A stretch of DNA of 64,000 nt from an uncultured Acidobacteriota bacterium (GTDB taxonomy: Bacteria > Acidobacteriota > Vicinamibacteria > Fen-336): contig OY970399.1 of assembly GCA_963720545.1 (NCBI GenBank), positions 2,528,001 to 2,592,000 of the forward strand, in the 5' to 3' direction. How positions within the stretch are numbered: the first letter of the stretch is position 1; every line of letters begins with the position of its first letter. A program made the position numbers and the translations under genes. Of the stretch, positions 26,743 to 37,941 are shown piece after piece. Below the pieces are notes generated by a model that saw nothing but the letters and a program-made list of their open reading frames with translations, did no database searches and was not told the origin of the DNA.

Positions 26743-27240
26743 ATGCTTTCCGAAATCGCAACGCTCATCCTGCGCGATCTCGATGGCCTGCGCCGCGAGG
26801 TCGAGCTGTACCCCGACAGTGAGTCGCTGTTCAAAGCTGTCCCGGGCCTGCCAAATACCGGCGGCAACCTCGCCCTGCACCTCGCGGGCAACCTGCGCCA
26901 TTTCGTCGGCGCCACCCTCGGTGCCACGGGTTATGTCCGCAACCGCGACGCCGAATTCGCCGCGCGCACCATGCCGAAAGAGGAAGTGCTGGCTACAGTC
27001 GCCTCTGCTCGCGAGGAAGTCGCCCGCACTTTCGAAAAACTCGACGAAAAGATCCTCGACCAACCGTTCTCACAAGCGATGGTCAAGCGCCACATCGGCA
27101 CCCGCCAGATGCTGCTGCACCTCTGCGTCCACCTCACCTACCACCTGGGCCAGCTCGACTACCACCGCCGCGCCGCGACTGGCGACTCCCGCTCCGCCGG
27201 CGCCATCCCACTCACTGCATTCGGAACCGCCGCCGACTAG
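26743..27240 (+). CDS. DinB/DUF1572-family protein
   Basis: NTGGNLALHLAGNLRHFVG, YVRNRDAEF, HLTYHLGQLDYHRR. Confidence 0.88.
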   Translation: MLSEIATLILRDLDGLRREVELYPDSESLFKAVPGLPNTGGNLALHLAGNLRHFVGATLGATGYVRNRDAEFAARTMPKEEVLATVASAREEVARTFEKLDEKILDQPFSQAMVKRHIGTRQMLLHLCVHLTYHLGQLDYHRRAATGDSRSAGAIPLTAFGTAAD

Positions 27241-27245
27241 GGACG

Positions 27246-28418
27246 CTACGGGATGGGCAGGAACGTGCCTTCGCTGACTTTGCCGTCAGTGACCGTGTAG
27301 AGGGTGATTCCGGAACGCATGGTCATCGTGTCGTCGCCGCCTGGGCCGACGATGGCGGCGGTCTGCTCGAAGCGGGTGAGGGGGCCTTCGGCTTCGTAGC
27401 GGATCGATTCGCGCGTGTGCATGTGGCCGCCGAGGGCTACCGGGTAGGGGTGGCCCTTCACGATTGCGAGCACCTCGTCGAGGTTCGAGACGACGTGGCG
27501 GTACTGGGTCTTGCCCTTGACCGTTATCAGGGAACCCGCGGGCGGCTCGTCGCGAAATCCTGAGAGCACGTCCACGGCCGAGAGCAGCGGGATATGGTTG
27601 AAGGTGATGACGGGCATTGTTGGCGGGATTGCTGCCAGGTCGCCCTTCAGCCACTCGAGTTGCTTCGCGTCCACGTGGCCGTAGTACCAGAGGTCGTCCA
27701 CGTCGACGGTGTCGAGCGCGACGAAGTGCACACCGCCATAGTCGAACGAGTAGTAGTTTGGTCCCAGGCGCGTTCGGTACATGGCCTTGCCATACAGGGG
27801 ATTCTTCGGGCTCACCAGCGAGAGGTGGCGCTCGATGCCGAAGATATCGTGGTTGCCCGGCACGTTCCAGACCGTCACGGGGAACTTCGCGATCTCCGCC
27901 ATGTAGATGTCCCAGTAGCCGCGCGCTTCTTCCTCGCTGACGCGCAACGAATCCTTGACGAGGTCGCCGGTCATGAGGACGAAAGCCGGCTTCTGCGCTT
28001 CCACGATGCGGCGCGCGGCCTCGATCCTGGGCTGGCTGGCGGCGCTCGCATGCGTGTCGGAGGCGTGTACGAAGGTGAAGGTCGTTGGCGAAGGCGCCTT
28101 GGCTAACGCGAAATCGACTGGACCGCCGTCCTGTGCTGGCTTCCAGAAGCTTTTGGCCGCCTTGTAGCCGGCCGGTGCGTTGACGAAGACGACGCCGAAG
28201 CCCTTGCTGTCGGCAATCTCGTAGTTGCCGTCGTTGCCCGTGGTGACCGTTGCGGCCTGGTCTGACACGCGTGCGCCGTCGACTCCTGGCTCGCTTGCAT
28301 CGCGCGCGCCGTTGCCGTTCGAGTCGAGAAAGACGGTGCCGTCGAGCGTTGGGCCCGCCTCGGCGGCGGCCGGCGCGGTCACGACCAGAAGCAGCGAGAC
28401 GGCAGCGAGGGTCTTCAT
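27246..28418 (-). CDS. secreted calcineurin-like metallophosphoesterase with N-terminal SdrD-B-like domain
   Basis: VFLDSNGNGARD; SDTH, TGDL, PGNHD, HIP and GHMH metal motifs. Confidence 0.88.
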   Translation of the reverse strand: MKTLAAVSLLLVVTAPAAAEAGPTLDGTVFLDSNGNGARDASEPGVDGARVSDQAATVTTGNDGNYEIADSKGFGVVFVNAPAGYKAAKSFWKPAQDGGPVDFALAKAPSPTTFTFVHASDTHASAASQPRIEAARRIVEAQKPAFVLMTGDLVKDSLRVSEEEARGYWDIYMAEIAKFPVTVWNVPGNHDIFGIERHLSLVSPKNPLYGKAMYRTRLGPNYYSFDYGGVHFVALDTVDVDDLWYYGHVDAKQLEWLKGDLAAIPPTMPVITFNHIPLLSAVDVLSGFRDEPPAGSLITVKGKTQYRHVVSNLDEVLAIVKGHPYPVALGGHMHTRESIRYEAEGPLTRFEQTAAIVGPGGDDTMTMRSGITLYTVTDGKVSEGTFLPIP

Positions 28419-28720
28419 GGCAGGCTTCCTCATTTCAAACAGTAGACGCGGCCGTCCGCGGCGCCGATGACCAGGCATTCGGCAGGCGATGGCGGGCGAC
28501 GCCGAAACGCGCAGAGCCCGCGTCGAACCCTCCGGACCTTCGCGTCTATGACGACGTCGAGCACGTTACCAAGGCGCGCGCGGGGCGCGGCTCGCGCAGT
28601 CGTCCAATCTTATGGCGCATCTTGCGCTGCGTTGCGAAACCCTGAAATCCTGAGTCGACGGATGGATTGTCTTTACTTATAACTATTTGCGACGCGGCCT
28701 GCGGCCGGCAGTCCGTGCCC

Positions 28721-28776
28721 TTGACAACCTTTGGAAGGGGGGCGTACATTTCCGTTTACTTGCGTTTGATTGTCTT
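28721..28776 (+). promoter_or_regulatory. promoter of the TonB receptor gene with T-rich direct repeats
   Basis: TTGACA (28721)-18 bp-TACATT (28745); downstream TTTCCGTTTACTTGCGTTTG; GATTGTCTT occurs at both 28665 and 28768. Confidence 0.55.
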
Positions 28777-28798
28777 GTCTTCTGTTGGGAGACCACGT

Positions 28799-31700
28799 AT
28801 GAAACGAGGATCGGGCACTTTCCTCGCCCTCGCCGCGCTTTGTTTCGCCAGCACGCCGGCACTCGCCCAGGTGGACACGGGTTCGATCCTGGGCACGGTG
28901 CGCGACAAGAGCGGCGCCCTGGTCGCGGGCGCGAGCATCAGCGTGCGCGAGTCAACGACCAACGCAACGAAGAAACTGAACGAGACGTGGTCAAGCTATG
29001 TCGCGACGCCGCTCCTGATCGACACCTACACGGTGAGCGTCGAACGCACGGGGTTCAAGAAGCAGACGCGCGAGGGCATCGTCTTGCGCGTGCAGGACCG
29101 CCTGCGGATCGACTTCGAGCTCGAGCCGGGGGACGTCGCCGAGTCGGTGGTCGTGGTCGGCGACGCGCCGCTCATCCAGTCGGAGACCTCGTCGCTCGGC
29201 GAAGTGGTGGACGCGCAGCAGATAGTCGGCCTGCCGCTGAACGGCCGCAACTACATCGACCTCGCGACGCTGACGAGCGGCGTCATCCGCACCGCCGAGG
29301 GCAGCAACGGCAACGTGAACGCGACCTTCGTGGTCAACGGCACGCGCGGCGGCCAGAACAACTTCCTGCTCGACGGCATCGACAACAACAGCAACGACGG
29401 CGGCGAAGCGGCGCTCTACACCAACGTGGACGCGCTCGAGGAATTCAAGGTGCAGACGAGCACCTACTCGGCCGAATTCGGCCGCTCCGGCGGCGCCGTC
29501 ATCAACGCGACGCTCAAGTCGGGCGCCAACGAAGTGAGCGGCAGCGGCTTCTACTTCCTGCGCGACGAGTCGCTCGACGCCCGCGGCTTCTTCGAAGACC
29601 CCGAGTCCGAGAAGGCGCCGTTCCACTTCCAGCAGTTCGGCGGCACGCTGGGCGGGCCGATCCGCAAGGACAAGACCTTCTTCTTCTTCGACTACCAGGG
29701 CACCCGCCGCAGCAGCGCCAACACGGCGATATTCTCGGTGCCGACGGCGGGGCAGCGGCGCGGCGACTTCTCCGGCGATGGCAACAACGTGATCTATGAC
29801 CCGCTGACGGGCGAGCCGTTTCCCGGCAACGTCATCCCGGCCGATCGTTTCTCGCCGCTCGCGCGGAGCTTCATCAACCTCTATCCCGACCCGAACCAGG
29901 ACGGGCTCATCAACAACTACCTGGTCAACCCGGCGACCATCACCTCTGCCAACCAGGGCGATCTGCGCCTCGACCACCAGCTCTCGAACACCGACCGCTT
30001 GTTCCTGCGCCTGTCGCTGACCAAGGGCACGACGCTCATCGAGCCGCCTTTCCCCGGCCTCGCGAACGGCGGCGACTACGGCACCGGCACGTCGCAGTCG
30101 AAGACCTGGGGCGGCGCGCTCGGCTACACGCGCATCTTCTCGTCCGGCACCGTCAACGAGCTGCGCTTCGGTTTCAACCGCGTCAAGGGCTCGGACGGCA
30201 CGACACCCGGCGGGCAGAAGCCGCCGCCGCCGGAGCTGACCGTCCCCGGCGTTTCGAACGACCCGGCGATCACCGGCATCACCGTGTTCGACCCCGGCTT
30301 CAGCCCGATCGGCGACCCGGAGTTCATACCCACCTACACCCGCACCCAGGAGCTGCAGCTCTCCGACACGCTGTCGCTCGTCCGCGGCCGCCACAGCGTC
30401 AAGACCGGCTTCCAGTTCCGGCTCAGCGATTTCGACCTGTTCCAGATTCCGCAGCCGCGCGGCAAGTTCAGCTTCAGCGGCGAGTTCACCCAGGATGCCG
30501 ACCACAACGAGGGCACGGGCGCGGCGCTCGCCGACGCGCTGCTCGGCTACTCGTCGCAGATCGACATCTCGAACATCACCCAGACGCGCAACCGGACGCC
30601 GGTGATCGGTCTCTTCGTCCAGGACGACTTCAAGGTGAGCTCGTCGCTGACGCTCAACCTCGGCCTGCGCTGGGACCGCGCCGGCGCGACCGTGGAAGCG
30701 GACGACCGGCAGAGCAACTTCGACTACGACACGGGGCAGGTGCTGATCGCCAACAGGGACGGCAACTCACGCGGCCTGATCGACGTGGACAACTTCAACT
30801 TCGCGCCTCGGCTCGGCTTCGCGTGGTCGCCGTTCAAGGACGGCCGGACGGCGTTCCGCGGCGGCTACGGCGTCTTCTACGCGCCGCAGGAAGTGCGCAC
30901 CGGTTTTCAGCTCGGCTACAGCATTCCGTTTTTCTTCGCGCTGTCGAAGTCGAGCGACTTCGGCGTCACGCCCGCCGCCTTCGTGGACGAAGGCTTTCCG
31001 CCGCTCGACGCGGCCGCGGCGTCTTTCCCCGGCGTGCTCTCGGTGGACCGGCGATTCCGCAGCCCCTACTACCAGCAGTGGAGCGTGAGCGTGCAGCGCG
31101 ACCTGGGCTGGAACACGCTACTCGAGGTCGCCTACGTCGGCTCGAAGGGCAGCAGGCTGCAGGTGCTGCGCGACTACAACCAGCCGCAGCCTGGGCCCGG
31201 CGACCCGCAGGAGCGGCGGCCGTACCCGCAGTTCGGCAACTTCGCGTCGATCACCAACGCGGGCAGCTCGACCTTCAATTCCGTCCAACTCAAGCTGAAC
31301 AAGCGCTGGAGCAACGGTCTCTGGCTGCTGAGCGCGTTCACGTACGGCAAGGCGTGGAACGACCAGCCCGAGATCTGCTGCGCCTCGCCCTGGCCCCCCG
31401 ACAGCTACAACATCCAGGCCGAGCACGGCCCCGCCGACTACGACCAGCGCTATCGCTCGGTCACGAGCTTCGCGTGGGACCTGCCGTTTGGCAAGGGCAG
31501 GCGCTTTCTCGACAGCGCGGGCCTCCTCGACCGGCTGATCGGCGGCTGGCAGCTGGGCGGCATCGTCACTATCGCCGCCGGCTTCCCGTTCTCGCCCGCG
31601 ACCGGCCTCGACACCTCGAACACCGGCAGCTTCGGGCAGCTGCGGCCCGACCTCGTCGGCAATCCCGATCCCGGCGAGCGCACTCCCGAGCGCTGGTTCG

Positions 31701-31984
31701 ACCCCAACGCCTACGCCACGCCCGCCGAGTTCACGTTCGGCAACGCGCCGCGCAACAGCCTGGTGGGCCCCGGCACGCGCACCATGGACCTCTACTTGAT
31801 GAAGGAGTTCAAGGTTCGCGGCCGCGTGCGCCTGGAGCTGCGGCTCGAGGCGTTCAACGCGTTCAACCATCCCAACTTCGGCCTGCCCGACAATTTCGTC
31901 GGCGACGGCGAGTCGGGCGGCACCATCACCTACACCGCGATTTCGCAGCGCCAGCTACAGCTCGGCGCCCGGCTCGCGTTCTAG
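28799..31984 (+). CDS. TonB-dependent receptor (Oar-like, N-terminal carboxypeptidase-regulatory domain)
   Basis: Signal peptide; LPLNGRNY, NNFLLDGIDNN, EEFKVQTSTYSAEFGRSGG, LRLEAFNAFNHPNF; ends QLGARLAF. Confidence 0.93.
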   Translation: MKRGSGTFLALAALCFASTPALAQVDTGSILGTVRDKSGALVAGASISVRESTTNATKKLNETWSSYVATPLLIDTYTVSVERTGFKKQTREGIVLRVQDRLRIDFELEPGDVAESVVVVGDAPLIQSETSSLGEVVDAQQIVGLPLNGRNYIDLATLTSGVIRTAEGSNGNVNATFVVNGTRGGQNNFLLDGIDNNSNDGGEAALYTNVDALEEFKVQTSTYSAEFGRSGGAVINATLKSGANEVSGSGFYFLRDESLDARGFFEDPESEKAPFHFQQFGGTLGGPIRKDKTFFFFDYQGTRRSSANTAIFSVPTAGQRRGDFSGDGNNVIYDPLTGEPFPGNVIPADRFSPLARSFINLYPDPNQDGLINNYLVNPATITSANQGDLRLDHQLSNTDRLFLRLSLTKGTTLIEPPFPGLANGGDYGTGTSQSKTWGGALGYTRIFSSGTVNELRFGFNRVKGSDGTTPGGQKPPPPELTVPGVSNDPAITGITVFDPGFSPIGDPEFIPTYTRTQELQLSDTLSLVRGRHSVKTGFQFRLSDFDLFQIPQPRGKFSFSGEFTQDADHNEGTGAALADALLGYSSQIDISNITQTRNRTPVIGLFVQDDFKVSSSLTLNLGLRWDRAGATVEADDRQSNFDYDTGQVLIANRDGNSRGLIDVDNFNFAPRLGFAWSPFKDGRTAFRGGYGVFYAPQEVRTGFQLGYSIPFFFALSKSSDFGVTPAAFVDEGFPPLDAAAASFPGVLSVDRRFRSPYYQQWSVSVQRDLGWNTLLEVAYVGSKGSRLQVLRDYNQPQPGPGDPQERRPYPQFGNFASITNAGSSTFNSVQLKLNKRWSNGLWLLSAFTYGKAWNDQPEICCASPWPPDSYNIQAEHGPADYDQRYRSVTSFAWDLPFGKGRRFLDSAGLLDRLIGGWQLGGIVTIAAGFPFSPATGLDTSNTGSFGQLRPDLVGNPDPGERTPERWFDPNAYATPAEFTFGNAPRNSLVGPGTRTMDLYLMKEFKVRGRVRLELRLEAFNAFNHPNFGLPDNFVGDGESGGTITYTAISQRQLQLGARLAF

Positions 31985-31987
31985 CGC

Positions 31988-33103
31988 GTGGCCCGGCCGA
32001 AACGTTTGCCTAGAGCGGCCGGGCTCGGCGCCGCGCTGGCGTTGGCCCTGTCGGCTGTGCCGCTCGCGGCGCAGGAGGTTCCCGAGCAGCGGCCGGAGGA
32101 CGTTCCCGCCGACAACAGGTTCGACCCCGGCCGCATGGTGTCAACGCTGGTCGTGCCGCGCACCCACGTCGAACGCTTCGCCGTGCCGGCTGTCGACGCG
32201 CACAGCCACGCCTATGCCGAAACCGATGCCGCGGCGATCGCCGCCTGGGTCAAGCTGCAGGAACAGGTGAACGTCCGCACCACGTTCATCCTGACCGGCG
32301 AGACGGGCGCTTCGTTCCGCGGCCTGGTGAAGGCGTACGCGACCGCGTACCCCGGCCGCTTCGTGATGTTCGCCGGCTTCGACAAGACCGGCGTGGAGGC
32401 GCCGGACTACGGCGAGCGGCTGCGGCAGGGACTGCGCGCCGACGTGGCGGCGGGTGCTGCCGGCCTTGGTGAATTGAGCGACAAGGGTCTCGGCCTGGTG
32501 CGCGTGGGCGAGACGCCGTACTACATCGACGATGCCCGCTTCGACGCGCTCTGGGACGAGGCGGGCAAGCTGGGCGTGCCCGTCTTCGTGCACGTGGCGG
32601 AGCCGGCGGCGTTCTACGAGGCGCCGGACGAGAAGAACGAGCTGCGGCGCTCCGCCAACTGGTCGTTGTACGGCAGGGGCACGCCGGGTTTCACGGCCAT
32701 GCTCGCGCGCTTCGAGTCGGTGATCTCGCGCCATCCGCACACCCGCTTCGTCGCGGTGCACGCCTTCAACCTCGCCAATGACCTGGCCGCGGTCGGCGCG
32801 CTGCTCGAGCGGCACCCCAACGTGCAGGTCGACTTCGCGGCGCGCATGTGGGAGCTGGCGCGGCAGCCGTTCACCGCCCGCCGCTTCCTGGCGGCGCACG
32901 CGGAGCGGATCCTGTTCGGCACGGACAACGACCCGGTGCTGCCGATGTACCTCGCGCACGTGCGGCAGATGGAGACCGAGGACGAATGGTTCTGGCCGGC
33001 CGACGCCGAGTGGTGGCGCGGCTACGGCATGGGCCTCGCGAAGGGCGTGCTCGCCAAGGTTTACGCGGGCAACGCCGACCAGCTGCTCGCTCGCCGCCGC
33101 TAG
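31988..33103 (+). CDS. secreted amidohydrolase_2-family protein
   Basis: Signal peptide; VDAHSH, VFVHVAEP, RILFGTD, KVYAGNA. Confidence 0.85.
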   Translation: MARPKRLPRAAGLGAALALALSAVPLAAQEVPEQRPEDVPADNRFDPGRMVSTLVVPRTHVERFAVPAVDAHSHAYAETDAAAIAAWVKLQEQVNVRTTFILTGETGASFRGLVKAYATAYPGRFVMFAGFDKTGVEAPDYGERLRQGLRADVAAGAAGLGELSDKGLGLVRVGETPYYIDDARFDALWDEAGKLGVPVFVHVAEPAAFYEAPDEKNELRRSANWSLYGRGTPGFTAMLARFESVISRHPHTRFVAVHAFNLANDLAAVGALLERHPNVQVDFAARMWELARQPFTARRFLAAHAERILFGTDNDPVLPMYLAHVRQMETEDEWFWPADAEWWRGYGMGLAKGVLAKVYAGNADQLLARRR

Positions 33104-36100
33104 CGTTCCTCGAGCCTGAGGACGGCACCCTTGTGGATCGCGGGCAGCGTGAACACGAGCCGGTCCGCCTGCGGGACGCCGGCGATCGTCACCGGCTCGC
33201 CGAGAAAGGGCAGCAGCCAGGCGGTGCCGCCGCTTCGCAGCGGTACGCTGACACGCACTTCCTGCGCCGGCGTCTGCACGGCACTGCGGCCGGGGGCGAG
33301 GCCCGCGAAATTGGCGAAGAACACGTGCGGCCGGCCGCCCACGCGCGCGATCTGGGTCGCGACCGACGGCGGTGCTTCGACGCGGATCGACGCATCGGCG
33401 GCGAGCGCCGCGACGAACTCGTCGGCTGCGGCCGGATCCGCCGTTGCGAAATTGTGCTGCAGCGCGTCGAGGTGCGCCTTGCCGGGACAAGCCGCGAAGC
33501 GCCGCACGCCCGCCGCGTCGTCGAAGCCGGTGGCATCGGCGCCGGTGACGACGAGGCGCGTGCCACGGGCGAGCTGCGCGCGCAACTCGCGCCGTTCGTC
33601 GCCGCCAAGCTCGCGCACGTCGGGCAGGATCAGGCTCGTGCCGCGAAAGGCCGCGAGCGTGCGCGGCGTGACGATCTGGAACTCCAGGTGCTTTTGCATC
33701 AACAGGACGACGATGCCCTGGTAGGAGCGCAGGAATGCCTCGGGGGAGTAGTTCCGCGTCGCGGGCGAGAAGTAGACGCCGACCGGATGGACGGGCTCGC
33801 GACCGCCGTAGAAAGTGCTCTCGTACCGTTCGAGCCATGCGAAGATGCGCCGGCGTGTGGGCGGATCGTTCGACCCCGACATCACGTGCGTGGCGGCGTC
33901 CCAGAAATTCGCACCCGCCATGACCACCGACATCGCGAGGTTCATCATCGGTTCCGGCGCTGCGATCTTCGGGTCCCCGTCCCAGGAGTAGTTGAGGATC
34001 CAGGTCGCCTTGCCCGCGGCGAAGGCGCGGAAGGACTGCATGCCCACCTGGTAGAGGAACCAGTCGAGCATCGTCCGCGACGTGGCCATGTGGTCGCCGC
34101 CGCCGGTCTCGTACTCGTGGGCGATGGCGTCGGCGACCCCGTACAACTGGTAGACGTCGGCGCCCACGACCACGGCCTCGCGCTCGATGCCGGGGTAGAT
34201 CTCGGGGATGGTCATGATCGCGGGGTTCACCGCTCGCGCGGTGCTCGCGATCTCGGCCACGAACTCGGTGATGGTGGCGATGCGGAAGTCGAGCCACTGG
34301 CGGAAGTTCTTGTCGCCGAAGTCGCCGAGCTTCAAGTCGCGGCGCGCATCGAGGCCGGTGCGCGCGCGGAAGGCCGCCACCGTCTGCTCGTCGAAACTGG
34401 CCCAGGAATCCTCCCAGCCCTCGAAGTGCGTCATCCAGTACGGGATGTCCACGTAGATGCCGTCGATCCCCGTGGCTGCGATCTGGCGCACGCGCTCCAT
34501 GTATAGCCGCCGCCACTCGGTTGCGTACGGTGAGATCCAGGCGTCTTCCTCGCCGGCGGCGATCCAGAAGGCGGCGCCGCTCGTGAACACGGCGGGTTCG
34601 CCGCCGAGCTTGCGCTGCAGCCAGTCGGGATGGTCCCTGGCGAGCGTGTGCGCGCTCTTCTCCGCATCGCTGGTGATGCACTCGGTGCCGGCGATGTAGA
34701 CGAACGCACGGTTGCCAGCCGCGTGCGCCCGGGCAGCAAGGTCCTTGATCGCCGCCAGTTTCTCCTCCGGGTGCAGGAAGCTTTCGTAGCGCCCGGTCAC
34801 GTCGTTGTCCACCTCGATGCCGAAGACGTGGTCGTCGGCCGCGGCGCGCACGATCGCCGCGGTCCTGGTCGCGTCGAGCGGGTAGGCGGCGATGCGGACC
34901 CGATGGGTCCAGTTCGCTGCGGGCTCGGGCCGGGCTTCGAGCAACAGCGCCTTCTCGAAAGCGACGCGCAGCCGCGCCGTCGGCCCCTGCACGCGGCCGA
35001 GCTCGCGGTTCGACACGTAGTCCGTGACGCGGTAGCGCGCCGCGGCTCGAGACCGCGCAGCTCGATCGCGCCCGTCGTGCCGCGGCGCGTAGAAGGCGTA
35101 GTAGCAGCGCGTCGCCCTTGCGGATCGCGTGCGCCTCGGGCCGGTCGAAGCCGATGTCGTAGAGCTCGCCGAGGTATTCGCCCTCGGGCAGCCGCTTGCT
35201 CGTCGTAGAGCTGCGATCCAGTTCGCCCACGGCTTCTCGCGCTCGGGCGTGAGCAGCAGCTTCGGGTCCTTCTCGCCGGGCGCGCCGGGCCAGGTGAAGT
35301 TGCGTGCCGACGACACCGCCGACGCCGAAGGTCGAGGCGAAGTCGTCGCCGCCGTCGCTCATCTCGACGTGATCGCCGAAGTACGGCGATGCCGTCGCCC
35401 AGTCAGCGCCTTCAGCGTCTTGCCCTTGAGCCGCACCTGCCAGGAGCTCTCCGGGTCGGAGGCGACCGTCATGTTCAGGAACGGCAGTCGTGAAGAACGA
35501 GTAGGCCGTGCCGCACGGGCAGATCTCGACCACGCGCATCGGGTCGCGCCTCGCGCGCGGCGTCTCCAGATCGCTTCGAAGAAGCCCGGCACACCTTCGA
35601 CCGAATCCTCCGGCGCTGCGTGGTGGTGCGCCGGGTTGTAGCAGGGCGGCGACGCCGTTGAGGTGCTGGCCGTCGATCTTGAGGCCATCGAAGCCCCAGT
35701 CGCGCGAGCGCCTTGCGCACGAAGCGCCGCGGCATCCGCGCGCACCGGCGCGTACGCCGGGCACAGGTAGATGCGCGTTCCACCAGCGTGATCTTGCGCG
35801 GCGTGCCGTCCGCGTTGCAGCAGCAGCCAGTCCGGGTGCTCGCGCTGCGGTGCGCGTGCCCGGATCCGCCGCGAGCGGCGCCCACCACAACTGCGCCTTG
35901 CAGCCCCGCGCGCGTGGATCTTCTCGACGAGCGCCTTCATGTCGGCGTCGCCGCGCGGGAACTTGCTCCGGATCGGGATCCCAGTCGCCCTCGCGCGGTC
36001 TGCCAGCCGTCGTCGAGCGACCGCCCAGCCGAAGCCGAGCTCGCCGGACGATCGGCAGCGTCGCCGTCGATCTGCTCGGCGGTGAAGTCGCGGCCGTAGC

Positions 36101-37018
36101 CCCAGGCGCACCAGATCGGCTCGAACGCGCCCGGCGGCGACTGCGGCAGGACGACGCCCTGCGCTTACCATCAGCCGCCGGTAATCGACGCAGCGTGCTT
36201 GAAGTAATCGCCGCTGATGCACAGCCACGAAACGTGCGTAACGTTTCGAAGCTGTCGCCGGGCTCGAGCGTCTGCGCGGCTTTCGCGGTCACTGCCAGCG
36301 CGAGCTCGCGCCGCCGCTGCGTGTCGCGCGGCACCGGCAGCGAGACGAGCTTCGGCGCGAGCTCGAGATGCCCGACCGCGAGGCCGATGTCGCGGCGCCA
36401 GACGTCGACGCACCGGCGTGCCGCCGCCGTAGTCGGACGCGTTCATGCCCATGGTAAGTTGTCGCTGCGATCGAAGCCACGACCGAGCGGTAGCACCCAG
36501 TCGGGCCGGCGCTCGTAGGAGCCGCTCTGGTACGACCAGAACGCGGGTTCGCGGTCGCCGGGTCGCGGCGCGAACACATAGGCGTTGCTGGTCCAGCCCC
36601 GCAAGACGACCGGTGTCGCGCCCTCGTTCTTGTAGCGAACCGTGAAAAGAGCCCAGCGCGGCCACTCGTCGTAGACGTCCACGAAGACGGTCTTGCGAAG
36701 CGGGCCGCAGCGACCGCTCACGGCCACGCGGCGGCCGGCGCCGAACACATCGGTGATCGGTTCTTCGGCCGCGTGCTCGAGCACGCAGCGGCGCAGCTCA
36801 CGGCCGGTCGTGAGCAGCGTCTCGGTTGCGGCGAACGGGCCGAGCACCTCGTCCCTGCCGGCGACCCTCGCGACGATGCGGGTCCGCATCGCCGCGTCGA
36901 ACTCGACGCGCACGCCGGCGCCGCGAACGACCGCCGAGTCGAGGGCGAGCGCCGGCCACGAGAAGCACAGCAACGCGTGCAGCACCACGGCTGCTTTCAG
37001 GGCTGAGCGTCGATCCAT
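33100..37018 (-). pseudogene. GH36 alpha-galactosidase-like gene fused to a second glycoside-hydrolase-like module; many frameshifts (probably sequence error)
   Basis: Signal peptide from ATG 37018. GH36-like segments are scattered over the three minus frames (MGMNASDYGGGTP, KFPRGDADMKALV, WGFDGLKIDGQHLNG, VVEICPCG, ASDPESSWQVRLKGK, LYDIGFDRPEAH). One clean frame from about 35030 to 33100 contains GIDGIYVDIPYW. Confidence 0.75.
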
Positions 37019-37941
37019 TCGATCCCCACCTCGGGAGTCAGGGCGACAACGTCTTCGTAGCGGAGCACCCCGCTCGCGGTGCCGAGCGCATTCGCCGCGC
37101 CGCAGGCGGCGGCGAGCCGCAGGCACGCCTCGGGCTCCAGTCCTCGCTGCAGGCCGACCGCGAGGCCGCCGAGAAAACAATCGCCTGAGCCCACCGCGTT
37201 GCGCACCGTGATGGCGGGCACGGTGATACGACAGCGACGCCCGTCCCAGAGCGCCACGGCGCCCTCCGCCCCCAGAGTCAGCACCACGCGCGCGGCACCG
37301 AGCGCGCCGATCGCGCCAACGGCGCCGAGCGCTGCCTCGAAGCGGTCGATGCCGCCGGCCAGCAGCGCCGCCGCTTCGTCGCGATTGGGTTTGACGAGAT
37401 GCGGCCCGGCGGCGACACCCAGGCGCAGCGGCGTGCCGCTCGTGTCGAGCAGGCAGCGCACCGCCTGGCTCTGCAGTTGCGCGATAAGGTCGTGGTAGGT
37501 GGCCTCGCCCAGGCGGGGCGGCAGGCTGCCGGACATCACCGCCACCGTTCCCTGGCGCGCGGCGGCGGCGAACACGTCGCGGAGACGCTCGCCGGCTTCG
37601 CCTTGCAGCTCCGGACCCGGTTCGAGGATTTCCGTGATGCGCCCCGCGGCGTCGCGAATTGCAAGGTTCGTCCGCAGCTCGCCGCCGGCGTCGATGCCGA
37701 GCGACTGCACGCCGCGCTCCGCCAGGAACCGCTCGAAGCGGGCGCGGCGCGCGGCATCGGCGTCCACCAGGCCGACGAGCTGTACCGCTTCGCCGAGGGC
37801 GGCGATCGTGAGCGCGACATGCAGGCCCTTGCCGCCCGGCCAGGCGGCGACGCTGCGCGCCCGGTTCACCTCGCCGAGCCGCAGTGCCTCGACCTCGATC
37901 AGCTTGTCGAGCGCCGCGTTGAAACCGGCGACCGCGATCAC
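36997..37941 (-). CDS. 1-phosphofructokinase/tagatose-6-phosphate kinase family (LacC-like)
   Basis: GFNAALD, PGGKGLHVA, MSGSLPP, VKPNRDEA, NAVGSGDCFLGG. Confidence 0.88.
   Translation of the reverse strand: MIAVAGFNAALDKLIEVEALRLGEVNRARSVAAWPGGKGLHVALTIAALGEAVQLVGLVDADAARRARFERFLAERGVQSLGIDAGGELRTNLAIRDAAGRITEILEPGPELQGEAGERLRDVFAAAARQGTVAVMSGSLPPRLGEATYHDLIAQLQSQAVRCLLDTSGTPLRLGVAAGPHLVKPNRDEAAALLAGGIDRFEAALGAVGAIGALGAARVVLTLGAEGAVALWDGRRCRITVPAITVRNAVGSGDCFLGGLAVGLQRGLEPEACLRLAAACGAANALGTASGVLRYEDVVALTPEVGIEWIDAQP

Noticed and set aside
28430..28720. Possible ncRNA or riboswitch in the long intergenic region before the TonB receptor
   Set aside because: Only short GC-rich inverted matches (e.g. 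TAGACGCG/CGCGTCTA); no recognisable family motif or terminator.
28950..29030. Slightly atypical N-terminal segment of the TonB receptor (KKLNETWSSY)
   Set aside because: The frame is intact; divergence cannot be distinguished from minor sequence error without reads.
32141..36334. 1397-aa ORF on the minus strand
   Set aside because: Chimeric frame: only short GH36 patches are real, and it overlaps the amidohydrolase and the true C-terminal frame.
35030..36480. Programmed frameshifting or phase variation in the GH36 gene
   Set aside because: Too many scattered indels and no slippery or homopolymer tracts; sequence error is more parsimonious.
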